Under the pieces are notes generated by a model. The model was given only the letters and a program-made list of their open reading frames with translations. It did not search any database and was not told the DNA's origin. A DNA stretch of 63,761 bases, counting the filler, from Rhabdomonas costata (lineage: Eukaryota): the NCBI GenBank assembly GCA_019059605.1. It is 57 parts of 57 records of this genome, joined end to end, with 100 filler letters (N's around TTAATTAATTAA, not from the genome) between each part and the next. Parts side by side here need not be neighbours in the genome. Positions count along the whole stretch, not along the records: positions 38,110 to 39,137 come from JAHMHO010033120.1; positions 39,238 to 40,258 come from JAHMHO010033121.1; positions 40,359 to 41,379 come from JAHMHO010033122.1; positions 41,480 to 42,499 come from JAHMHO010033123.1; positions 42,600 to 43,619 come from JAHMHO010033124.1; positions 43,720 to 44,739 come from JAHMHO010033125.1; positions 44,840 to 45,859 come from JAHMHO010033126.1; positions 45,960 to 46,979 come from JAHMHO010033127.1; 49 more parts are not named here. The stretch is one strand, 5' to 3'. Shown in pieces: positions 39,058 through 49,890 of this stretch (its first letter is position 1; every line of letters begins with the position of its first letter). Position numbers and translations under genes: made by a program.

Positions 39058-39327
39058 TAGGAAATGGGATGGCACGACGTGGCGGAACAGTTTTGATGGG
39101 ACGGACACACTGTACCAACCTTTGTGAAATTTTGAGANNNNNNNNNNNNNNNNNNNNNNNNNNNNNNNNNNNNNNNNNNNNTTAATTAATTAANNNNNNN
39201 NNNNNNNNNNNNNNNNNNNNNNNNNNNNNNNNNNNNNGGTTGGTGGGACAAAGGATTGAAGAACATCCAGAACATATCTCACAGATGGGATGATAACGAC
39301 AAGGGGGAAGGGCAAGCGAGCTCAGAC

Positions 39328-39966
39328 CTTTCGCAGGATTGCCAGCTTGCTTACCCTGCTGTCCTCGTAAAACTGGAACCGGATGTCTGCCACCTCAGGG
39401 GCCATGAGGCTTCCCGAAGGCTGAGGCATGCGTGTGCGGGTCTGGTGAGCTGTGTGTGTGTGTGTGTGTGTGTGTCTGCGCGCGAGCGAGGGTTCCTTTC
39501 TCTCGACCAATCGTGCATCGGGCATCGGGTACATAAGAACGGACAGCCCAGGGGGAGGGGTGTTTCCCACTCGAGCACGATAAGGCTGGGCAATACGTGC
39601 GAGGTTCGCAGTGCGGACTGAGTAGGCCCCACGTTAAAGCACCGACAAAGACACTGATAAAGCACATGGACAGAGTGAGTAAATGAGCGTGTTTGCGTGT
39701 CACTCAGAAGCAAAACGTTTCCACCTGCACGGATCAATGGAAGTTGGGGGGGGGGTGACGGTACCAGGATGAAAGAAGAGAGAGAGAAGAATGAGAGTGA
39801 GACTTCGGAAGAGGCCAACCTCATGGGTGAACGCTGACATGGGTTTCTTCTGCACCTCCATTGGAGGGATTCCCACCCGGAGGGAGGCCAGCACAGACCG
39901 CGGGCTGTTTAGCATCACCGCCGTGGTGGGGGATTTCTGAAGACAGAGAGCGGGCACCTCACAGGC
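39328..39966 (-). CDS. Two exons (39820-39966, 39328-39420) of a protist coiled-coil protein with an LxSPRS motif
   Basis: LNSPRSVLASLRVGIPPMEVQKKPMSAF / PEVADIRFQFYEDSRVSKL; phase-0 GT-AG intron. Confidence 0.6.
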
Positions 39967-41090
39967 CTTCATGACATTGCCCCAGCAATGAGGCAAACAC
40001 TTTCTAAATGCCTGGATTTCTTTTTAATTCAGGTGTCCGCGGGTCAGGGAGCAAAACGATGTAACAAAGGAAAAAAGGCATGGAAGTGCGCAAGACAGAA
40101 TCGCACCTCCCCCTCCCCCCGACAAATACAATGAGCCGAATGAACATAAAAATAGAAAGTGGAGAGAGGAAGAATGGGAGGTAGCAAAACAGGTGGAAAG
40201 TGGATTGGGCCAAGGGAAGTGTAGGAGGAGGAGACATTAATCTAATACCCAACCACAANNNNNNNNNNNNNNNNNNNNNNNNNNNNNNNNNNNNNNNNNN
40301 NNTTAATTAATTAANNNNNNNNNNNNNNNNNNNNNNNNNNNNNNNNNNNNNNNNNNNNTCATCAAACTTTTACAGTGTCTGTGTGTGAAGCCGTTTACCA
40401 TTATTAATTGTACATCCTTTGTTGCAGACGTTCTAGTAACGTTGGTTAGTTGTTTATGAAGCATGGAAAACTGCAACGTTTTGCACCGTTAGGTTTGGGG
40501 ACGATGACTTCCCATATAATTTTGCAAGGGGTTACGTGACTTTTAACTCGCGATACATTGCCCACGACCCACGATCACCGTTCTCCTGGGCTGTCACGTT
40601 TAGCAGTCGATTTCGCGTCCATTCCCGATATTCCGATTACCGAGTGGTGCCCTTTGGTTGCTCGAATACCAAATACCAAAAACGAGAACGTGGAAAAATG
40701 ACCAAGCAGAACTTCGAATAATATTTATTGTGATGCGGGATATGTGATTACTGTGACTGCAGAAGGAATTAATTACCAATCACCACCAAGGGGGCACCAT
40801 CAAGGGGAGGGCTAAGCCGAAGCAGGCCTGGGGTCTTTTGTATCACCACCAATACCCGAAATCGCTTGTCCGTTAACATGGCTTCGAATATAATAATGGA
40901 ATCGTGTCCTTGTGAATGTTTCCGGTTTCAACGATTTGATTTAACTGCTTCCCCCCAGATTTCTCTGTTTTTCTGTCATTTTTGGCGAGTGCAATACTTT
41001 TGCTGCGGTTTTTGGATTTCTGTGCCGACATTGTCCTCCTCTCTTCACATTCTCTGTTTGAGTCTGCGAACAATGATTCACTTCGCGGAG

Positions 41091-41318
41091 GGACTGACTT
41101 GCTCCGCTCTGGGGTCGGCTTCGCTGACCCCAGACAAGAAGCTGTTCCGGAATGACACTGCACCGCTGACATTGCAGGAGGCACGCCGGAAGTACATTTC
41201 CGGTCCCGTGTCCATGCAATACGACGTTTTGTTCCACGAAAGGCAGCGCGAGGTGGCCCAGGCGGGACGGGAGAGGCAGCTGTTTCACAAGGCTAAGTCC
41301 AAGAAGCTGCAGGAGAAG
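41091..41318 (+). CDS. Probable exon, hypothetical charged helical protein; 5' boundary uncertain
   Basis: GC3-rich frame ending KSKKLQEK with donor AAG|gtacac. Confidence 0.45.
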
Positions 41319-42604
41319 GTACACTGTTTATTCTTTGGCCGGATTGTTGTTTGCAGCGAGGCGGAAACCACACCACACCNNNNNNNNNNNNNNNNNNNNN
41401 NNNNNNNNNNNNNNNNNNNNNNNTTAATTAATTAANNNNNNNNNNNNNNNNNNNNNNNNNNNNNNNNNNNNNNNNNNNNAAGGATCCGAAGTTGATTAAT
41501 AAAATTTTTTTGGGACAAAATCTGCGTCGGTGCGTCGACGCGTGGACCTATCTCAGCGTTGACTTCTTTGGAGGACAGTGGATCACGTCGAAGCTCCTCA
41601 AATTGGTTTCTGTCATTTCCTTGCTTGAATTTTTTTGACCGTTTCCGCCGTTTTCGATGCTGCAAAAAATTAAATCAACCAGGCAGAGGAGGCCGCCTCG
41701 GGCAACACCGGCCTGGGAGATGCCCTTGGTCGGAAGTGGAAGCAGTTCAAGGAGTCTGCGAAGAAGTCCATGGAGGACTCGGACCTGGAGTAACCTTCTC
41801 GGCTTCCCTCTGCCAGTTGTTGGCTTCCGTCACATTCCTTGTCGGCCGTTTGGCCGCTGTGTCCCTTGTTGTACAAAGCAGAGAGCGTGGCAAACGCGAC
41901 GGTGCTGGGTTTTCCATGCGTGGGGGGTATTCTTCCCTCACTGCGCGGTTGGGTTTTCGCGAAAGATTGCCCAGCACCTTTGATTTTCGAAAACACTACG
42001 ATTTGTTCCCAGACTGCTCCGCATCAGGTAGGTCCTAAACTCGCCCAGGAACCCTGATGGATGATGGATACATCAGCTGACGTTTTGCACGATCTTTGCG
42101 TTGGAATCCAATGTTTTGTACCGCGTGGGTGCCTCAAAATAAACCAGAAGGTTGGCCACTTGCACCGCAAAACGCACCCACGCCCACCCCGTCCGCACCC
42201 AATAGGTTTCGATAAGCTTCTGCCAGCCCTGCTTCGTTCCCATCTAAAAAGTTTCAACCTTGGCCCCAACTATCTTCCCAAGAAAAAAGAAGTTCCTGAA
42301 GCTCTGAATCCGGAAGCTTTTCATTACAACCAAAGTCCCAAGACACTTGCCGATTTGAAACTTAAGGCCGTTGTGCGCAGCAGCTACTGCGCCACCCCTT
42401 TAGACGGCTCATTCGTCACCCTTTCCGTTTACGGCGCACACAATGGGCACGGATGCACGCCGAAAGGGCGACACGCAGCACCCCACCCCCACCACCCCCN
42501 NNNNNNNNNNNNNNNNNNNNNNNNNNNNNNNNNNNNNNNNNNNTTAATTAATTAANNNNNNNNNNNNNNNNNNNNNNNNNNNNNNNNNNNNNNNNNNNNG
42601 GGGG

Positions 42605-43602
42605 TTGGTTGAGGTGGACTTCAAGGGAGTGATCCGAGTCAGCCTGGCCATCCTGCTCTCCGCCGTGGGCACGGGGGAAATCTACGGTATGGCCGGGGAC
42701 CAGGCCGCCGCGGAGTCCGCTGCGGAGAGTGTGTTCCGGTTGCTCGACCGCACCCCAGCGATTGACGGCACCGGGGCGTCCGGGGCGGAGCTGCCCTCGG
42801 GCTTCTCTGGGCATGCCGGCCTCCACGCCGTGGAGTTCAGGTGGGAGAGTGCGGGGGGGTGTCACGTCAGATGGTTTAGATTTAAGATTCACTCTACCTC
42901 GGAATGATCATCATCAGGCCTGTGTGGACGCCCTCCTCCAAACTCCTCTGCAATTTCTCTCCAAACTTTGTTGACTTGTCGCGCTCTGAATTCTAAATTT
43001 ATTACTGTGGACGTGCTTCTACCGCCACCAGAGATACGTCTGCTTTGCTCGGGTGTTGAATTCCTATACTATTTCCACCTTGCAATATTCGTCCTGTGAT
43101 ACTACCTGCAATGCTGGGCCCCCCTCCCCTCTCACACAATTCATTGATTCTCCGCTTCGGAACAAATCAGAAAAGGCAAGCCCAAATACAGTGCCCTACC
43201 CTGGGTGGTATCAGTTTCACCGCAGGCAACTCATGCTTCTCTTCTTTTTTTTAAACCGAATTTTTGCCTTTTTGAGCTCTTTGAGCTCACGATTAATGAA
43301 AAAACCCCAGAACTTTGGTGTGACTCTCATTATCCTCCAGGCCGTCATCGTTGCATAACAGGTGGGGGGTTAGGGGTTTTTGTCTGTGTGGGGGGTTTCG
43401 GCTATCCCTCCCGCCCGCTGGTGTCTGTGCTGGGTGGACTCTCCCTGGACATCCCCGGGGGGGCCCACGTGGCACTTGTCGGAGAGACGGGCTGCGGGAA
43501 GAGCTCCGTGCTGTCGCTGCTGATGCGGTTCTACGACCCCTCAACGGGCTGCGTGAGCCTGGAGCGGCGCAGGCTTCCGGAATACAATCTGCTGCAGTGC
43601 AG
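42605..43602 (+). CDS. ABCB (P-glycoprotein/MDR) transporter, two exons (to about 42840; from about 43402)
   Basis: AAESVFRLLDRTPAID...VEF / YPSRP..VL.GLSLDI..G.HVALVGETGCGKSS (Walker A) ..LLMRFYDP..G. Confidence 0.93.
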
Positions 43603-46082
43603 GTCGCCCCCCACACAACNNNNNNNNNNNNNNNNNNNNNNNNNNNNNNNNNNNNNNNNNNNNTTAATTAATTAANNNNNNNNNNNNNNNNNNNNNNNNN
43701 NNNNNNNNNNNNNNNNNNNGTGGATTTGTTCTCTTGCGACAGCCTGTCTGGTCTGTTTCCCGCCATAACTAACTCTTTGCAAGTGACACTCTCCCCTTTA
43801 TTTCCCGTGACACCTCAGAATTGCCATACCTAAGAAACAGACCAGACAGGCTGTCGCAAGAGAACAATTCCGTGACGATGAAGTTATTTGCAAGCATAAT
43901 GTTTCAAACGCAAACAAAAAGAAATTTCCATGAAGGATAAAACGACCGGGAGTTAAAAGACAAGAAACGTGAAGAAGCTGCAGCACCAAGCAGTGCTCGC
44001 TCACAGTGGGTTGCAAATACCCCATCACCAAATAACACCTTCTGGCAACTTTTACCTTGGGGAAGAGAACGAGTGGCAAGCAGAGCCAACATGGGGTAGG
44101 ATAAGTCTGAAGGAAAGCCCGTGATCTGAGCGCTCTAGGAGAAGAGCGACGATAATATCGAGGTTTTGGTGAACGGGAGGGGAAAGGAAATACCACATAT
44201 GCTGAAAAGGGTCTCATTGTGTAGGTTGGAGTGGACAATGAACAAACCAACATATGAGGAGCCCAGAAGAAGATTGTTTGCCTTTGTACTGGAAGCTGGG
44301 CGACATAATCCGTGCTAGCGGCTCAAGCAACGTGATAAAGGATCTGACCTGCCACGAATCATGCGCGAATGCGTGAGTTAAGGATAGCAAAACCCATAGA
44401 GAATCCCAAACATTACTTTGCATAACTATGCTTTTGTCTTGTTGACTTAACGTTGGAAGTGCTGGAGCCTGCGATCCAAGATTCCAGCCCCCCTCCCCGG
44501 GTACCCTGATGATCCTGATGTACAACGTGACTCCCGCCTGCGTCCCGAAAATCCGGCCAGCTGGGAATATACCGGGAACGGGCAAGTTGTCCTAACCCTG
44601 GCTCTTACAATATCAGAATCTCATGGCAGGGGGCTAGTTGACCTAAACCTGGCTCTTTCAATAACAGAATCAACGGGAACGCAAATCCAGGAAGGCCTCA
44701 AAAGTGTCATCGCTGCAGAAATTCCTGCGCCAACCCACCNNNNNNNNNNNNNNNNNNNNNNNNNNNNNNNNNNNNNNNNNNNNTTAATTAATTAANNNNN
44801 NNNNNNNNNNNNNNNNNNNNNNNNNNNNNNNNNNNNNNNGAAGGGTTGTGGCGTATGGTGATGTCCTGTGGTTGTATGTTTGGTGCGTGAGGATGTTGTA
44901 TGGGTGATGGTTGAGGGTTGAGTGTTGTGGGTTGAGGGTTGGCCGATGATGATTGGAGATTCGGTGGTTGGTCTGAGAGTTCAGAGTGTTTATGGTGTGG
45001 ACGTGTCAGGTGGGAGAAGTGGTTGGGTGGTAGTGTGCATGGTTGGTTTCGTGCTTCATTCGTAGTATTGGTGGGTTACTGGTTGTGCGGTGATGTGTTG
45101 ATGTGTGTCCGGTGATGTGGTTGGATGCTGGTGTTGAGATAGATGGTGAGGTGGCGTGGGAATGACGGTGTCAATGGTGTAGAATGGTGTCGAGGTGTGG
45201 AGTGTGTGGATGGTGACGGTGATGGATTGCGTGGATGGTGAAGGTGAGGGTTTTGCGAGGATGGTGGGGTGCGTGTGCTGATTCTGTCGTTGGTCTTTGC
45301 ACTAGGTTTTGGAGTCGGGGTTCATGTCTTCTCCTCGGAGTCAAAAAGCGCATGCCATAAGTAAAGAAGGGAAGAAGAAAAAACAGCGCCTACTGCACAC
45401 GGCAATGCTGTCACGGGATATGGAACAAACCATACTATGATGAACACACATAGCGAAGGAATGGCAACGATGATGACTAGATAAGGATGCGTTCCGAAGC
45501 TTGCCACACGACCACAACGGCACGTCCAATCATTAAGGCCACTGAAATCTAAAGGTGGTTATGGTAGTGTACTATCTACACAGGTTTCTCACGTACACAA
45601 ACTACAGCAAGCGTTTGAGTGGAGGGTTATCTTGACCATAACACCACAGGTTGGTCAAGGTGATGCAGCCCTCCATGTTTGATGTGCTTTCAGATGGTGG
45701 TAGAGCCACAGGGATGGAGTAAGTAGAAGTAGCCATCCATCACTATACTGATGCCATTACCAGGCTATTCATAGTTACAGGAACCAACTAATATGGCAAT
45801 ACCGATCCAAAGATGAGCCCTTCCGGTAGGAGTAGTGACCCAACCTCAACCCAAACCCCNNNNNNNNNNNNNNNNNNNNNNNNNNNNNNNNNNNNNNNNN
45901 NNNTTAATTAATTAANNNNNNNNNNNNNNNNNNNNNNNNNNNNNNNNNNNNNNNNNNNNTGTGGTTGGTATCAGTACAGCTCCTACACCGAGGTAAGATT
46001 GCGATTTGCCCTCTTTTGGGCAGGCGTATTCATGATTACTTTTAATGTGTCCTGCCCAAAAGAGGGCAAATCGCAATCTTAC

Positions 46083-46435
46083 CTCGGTGTAGGAGCTGTA
46101 CTGATACCTACCAATCACCCATAGCTGACCCCGGTGCACCGCCATCTTGAAGCCGTAGCGGCCTCCCGAGAAAAAGGCGGCGGAGGTGGCCAGGGCCCAG
46201 CTGCTGCTGCTGCCCTGCGTGGGGTCAAGGCTGAAGTACACATCGTTCAAAAGACAGACGCTAGTGATGGTGTCGAGAAGCTCAATGTTGGGGTTCTCGT
46301 TCTTCGGCATGTCGAATCCAGCGATGACCCAGAGCCTGCCCAGGAAGGCCATCACCCCAGGGCCAACTCTGGCCGGGAAGTCCCAGAGCCGTGGAACGTC
46401 CAAGTGGCACCTGTGGGGTCCGCAGTGGAATATAC
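46083..46435 (-). CDS. Kelch-repeat exon with an apparent 1-nt frameshift near 46383
   Basis: VYSTADPTGATWTFHGSG in one frame, then DFPARVG..AFLGRLWVIAG..NDVYFS..W..GRYGFKMAVHRGQLWVIG in another; AG acceptor and donor GAG|gtaaga. Confidence 0.7.
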
Positions 46436-49400
46436 CTGAGGGCAATAAACAGTCCACGCACTGGGGTACTACTCGCAGACTAAATCCTCTCAGCCCGAGC
46501 CGAAGTACGAACCATTTGGGCCCTGGGGTCTCTCCTGGAACCGCCTCCACGGCCATCCTGACCACCCGACGACCATCTTGTGTGGTGGCAGAGAAGTTTT
46601 CAAACCAGTACCCGCATGTCACCATTGTGTCGACTGCTGTCTCCCGAACTACTAGGCAATGCAACCCCATCTCATCCCAGCTGCTCCGCATGGTAACTAG
46701 ACACGCACCCGGACCCGGACAAACTCTCTGAGCACACAATCCAGCGGAGCATCCCTCGTCGCTCAGACACTCAGAGAAAGCCAGGTGACAGCCAGCTCTC
46801 GCCGGAGTTCGCTGTCACTTTCTTCCAATGCTGCGACAGCTGCCGCGGTAGGCGTTCTGTAGGTCGGGGCCTCTCTCTCTGGCACACATTCAATTTCCCG
46901 GCACGTGACATCGCTACCTCGCTCACAGCGCCGGCCTCGGTGTGGCCCCCCACCACATACGCGCGCGACCCCCAAAACANNNNNNNNNNNNNNNNNNNNN
47001 NNNNNNNNNNNNNNNNNNNNNNNTTAATTAATTAANNNNNNNNNNNNNNNNNNNNNNNNNNNNNNNNNNNNNNNNNNNNTGTGGTGGGTGTGGTTGGGGG
47101 TGGGGGTGGGGCGAATCTACCCAAGAGGTGAATCAGCGCTTGTGTGTCTGTCAATACCAGAAAAGCCAAAAGAGCAAGAAGAGGGTGTGAAAGGGAGTAC
47201 AAGACCAAAAACCTCAGCTGCGTCACCGGGGAAAGTGAAGGAACAGCGCAGAGGGGCAGAGCACGCAAGCCGTGCACCCAGCAGTGCTATGGTTGTAGTT
47301 AGCACCGACGACCATAACCTATGGACAGCAACGATCTGCTGCTTCTACTCAACCGCAATGACTAAAGAATGTTGAGTTCACCAATGCACCGCACCACCAC
47401 AAAAAGAAGAGAATACTGCTTTCAATTCAATGAGACAATAGGGTAGTGATTTAGGGTAGTGATGATAGAATAGTGAACCTCCCTCCCTCTATTCTGCAAA
47501 CACAGGGAAGAGATTTGGGTGGCCACAGTCCATTGGGTTTTTGAAGGACCCTGCGGGCATTTCCCCAAAAACAGAGAACAGTGCATCAATTTGGTGACGT
47601 TGTTGGTCATCGTCATCGGTGGATGGCCTTCCCGGTATATTGCCCAAAAACCAAGGGTCCTTCACGGCTCCCTCCCCCAAGCAGCAACCAAAGCAACCAA
47701 GATCACGAGCACAAGGTTCACCTGCCACCCGTCTATCTCCCCTCATACAAGCAGGCTTCCGGAAATCTGGACAATACAAATTTAAAAGTCAAAGGCGAAC
47801 GAATGGACCGCTGGCAGGGGTCTGTGGAAGCGCCGGACTTAGGGCGCCCACAGCCTTTGGCCACCAGTGTTTGCCAGCCAACAGTCTACAATGGATGGAA
47901 GTTCCCCCGAGTCCGTGGAGGGCATTTGTATGAGGGTGCAGTACATTAGAAGCCCCCCCCCAGCAGACCCGCCGGGCAGTTTTCAAAGACTTATCCCTTT
48001 GCACTTCTGTGACCAGGGCGGGAAACTGAATGTGTAAACACCCCCCCCCGCGACATTTGTTTCGCCATCTGACCAGGAACCATAAAAGTGACCAAAAATN
48101 NNNNNNNNNNNNNNNNNNNNNNNNNNNNNNNNNNNNNNNNNNNTTAATTAATTAANNNNNNNNNNNNNNNNNNNNNNNNNNNNNNNNNNNNNNNNNNNNG
48201 GTTTTGGTGGGGTAGCACAATCTTGGGGTGGTGCTTTTTGGTCACGGCACGATTTGATCTACTCTCCAAGCATTGGGTTGTGTCTTCCCCATCGCTCAGC
48301 TTTCGCTCCCTCCCTTTTTCCTTGTCACCTTGCCTTGCTGGATTCTTGAGCCCCGCGTTCCTGCCCGCTGGGGTTGTACTCTATACCCTCTCTAGACCAT
48401 TTTTAGTTAGTGGCCGTGAGTTTCCCCTCGTAGCCTCGTTTCGGGCTGACTGCTCTCAACCTGTCAGATGTTGCGTTGGAGTTCCCCCCACCCGTACTCC
48501 ATTGGAGTATCCGTACTATGTGGCAACGTTTTGTATACCTTGGACACTTCTTCGCTGGCCGCTTCACTGGTTGACTGTGCCCTACTGTCCCTTTTTAAAT
48601 TGTGTGAGGGAGTGGACCAGAATCGGATTGGGTCATTCGATACCTGCACGATGACTTAATTAGCAGACTTTGTTGAAAACAAAGGCGGTATTTTTTGAAT
48701 GAGGGATCACTAAGGAAGTATGAGGCTCCTTTTTCCTCCCGAAAAAGACTAGGCAGCGTTTCCGGCTTTTGGAACGTGGCGTGGAGAACACTAACTCGCC
48801 CAGAGCGAGGGTTTGCGTTATTTGTGTTTTTGCGCCTCTTGACGCTGCTCGAGTAAGCTGTTGGCTGCTTTGTTGTCAATTCGGACAGTGGCTATGCCCA
48901 TTCTTCTCAGCGAACTTTGTGATCGGTCGCCTTTTCTCAAGCTATTGCCATTTCTTTTCATCAACATCTTATAGAAGTTAGGTGCGTTAATTTGTGCAGT
49001 ACGTCTTTTACGGTTCTTTATGTGGCTGCGATGGGTATTCTCGATTTGATAAAAATATTCCATTCAAGGAGGCTTGCTGTTTGGTGCATATGCAGTGTTG
49101 TGGCTTCAACGACGAGTTCATGAACTGCAACACATATTGCTGGCTGTGTAACCGGTGCTGTAGGTTTGATGCTTAATATGTGTTGCAGTTCATGAACTCG
49201 TCGTTGAAGCCACACCACCNNNNNNNNNNNNNNNNNNNNNNNNNNNNNNNNNNNNNNNNNNNNTTAATTAATTAANNNNNNNNNNNNNNNNNNNNNNNNN
49301 NNNNNNNNNNNNNNNNNNNTTGTGTGTGGTGATGGCGGCGGTTGTCGCGGCGCTCCGGGGAGCCTTCGCTGCCGTCGGGGCCGCGGCCTTCCTGGTCCGA

Positions 49401-49480
49401 GCCCGAGGAAGGGTTGGCGAGAGAGGGAGAGCTTGGGGCTGAGTCCGATCTGAGAAAGAAATAATGTGACAAAAATATCC

Positions 49481-49890
49481 GGCACTCCTTCAGCAGTGTA
49501 CCTTTTTTTAAGGCTCCTTTCATTGCTCATGTTGACACTTTATGATGTCCTGGAGCTCTGCAGTGACGAAGCAAAGCTCCGAGAGTGGTTAAGGGGTTAT
49601 GGAGTTCTCCGAGAGCCGCCTTCCAAGTGCTCCAAATGTGGCTCTGAGCTGAAGGCCAGTGTGCACAGGGGCAAGCCTGGCCTGGTGTGTACTGGCCAGA
49701 AGTGCCGCCTTAGAGTGGCGGCTGTTATGGATGGTCCCCTGCAGGGCTCTAAGCTGATCGTATCCTTTTATTGATCTCTCAGGGGGTAGGAAGCGATGCA
49801 CGTGCCCCCCTAGATCAGGATATTTCGTCTCGCATGGGGTTAGGAGGCGATGCACGTGTCCCCTAAAAGGTACACTGCTGAAGGTATGCC
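49481..49890 (+). mobile_element. Non-autonomous Merlin (IS1595/ISXO2-like) DNA transposon, 410 bp
   Basis: 26-bp TIRs GGCAyyCCTTCAGCAGTGTACCTTTT with 2 mismatches (CT vs TA at positions 5-6); 8-bp TSD AAATATCC at 49473-49480 and 49891-49898; internal transposase zinc ribbon. Confidence 0.9.
49529..49774 (+). pseudogene. Truncated Merlin transposase (N-terminal zinc ribbon only, no DDE domain)
   Basis: SDEAKLREWLRGYGVL..PSKCSKCG..L....LVCTGQKC......G.LQGSKL, then a stop. Confidence 0.8.

Noticed and set aside
38442..39185. ORFs encoding (NP)n, (TL)n, (GL)n and (VR)n
   Set aside because: Translations of the TTAGGG array.
41480..42499. Possible Penelope or LINE reverse-transcriptase fragments (LGPNYLP, KVTPGPS)
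   Set aside because: Motifs too short, on opposite strands, and no YxDD core.
43900..44671. Possible degraded LINE C-terminal zinc knuckle and a 34-bp direct repeat (44588, 44638)
   Set aside because: Interrupted by stops and too degenerate to assign.
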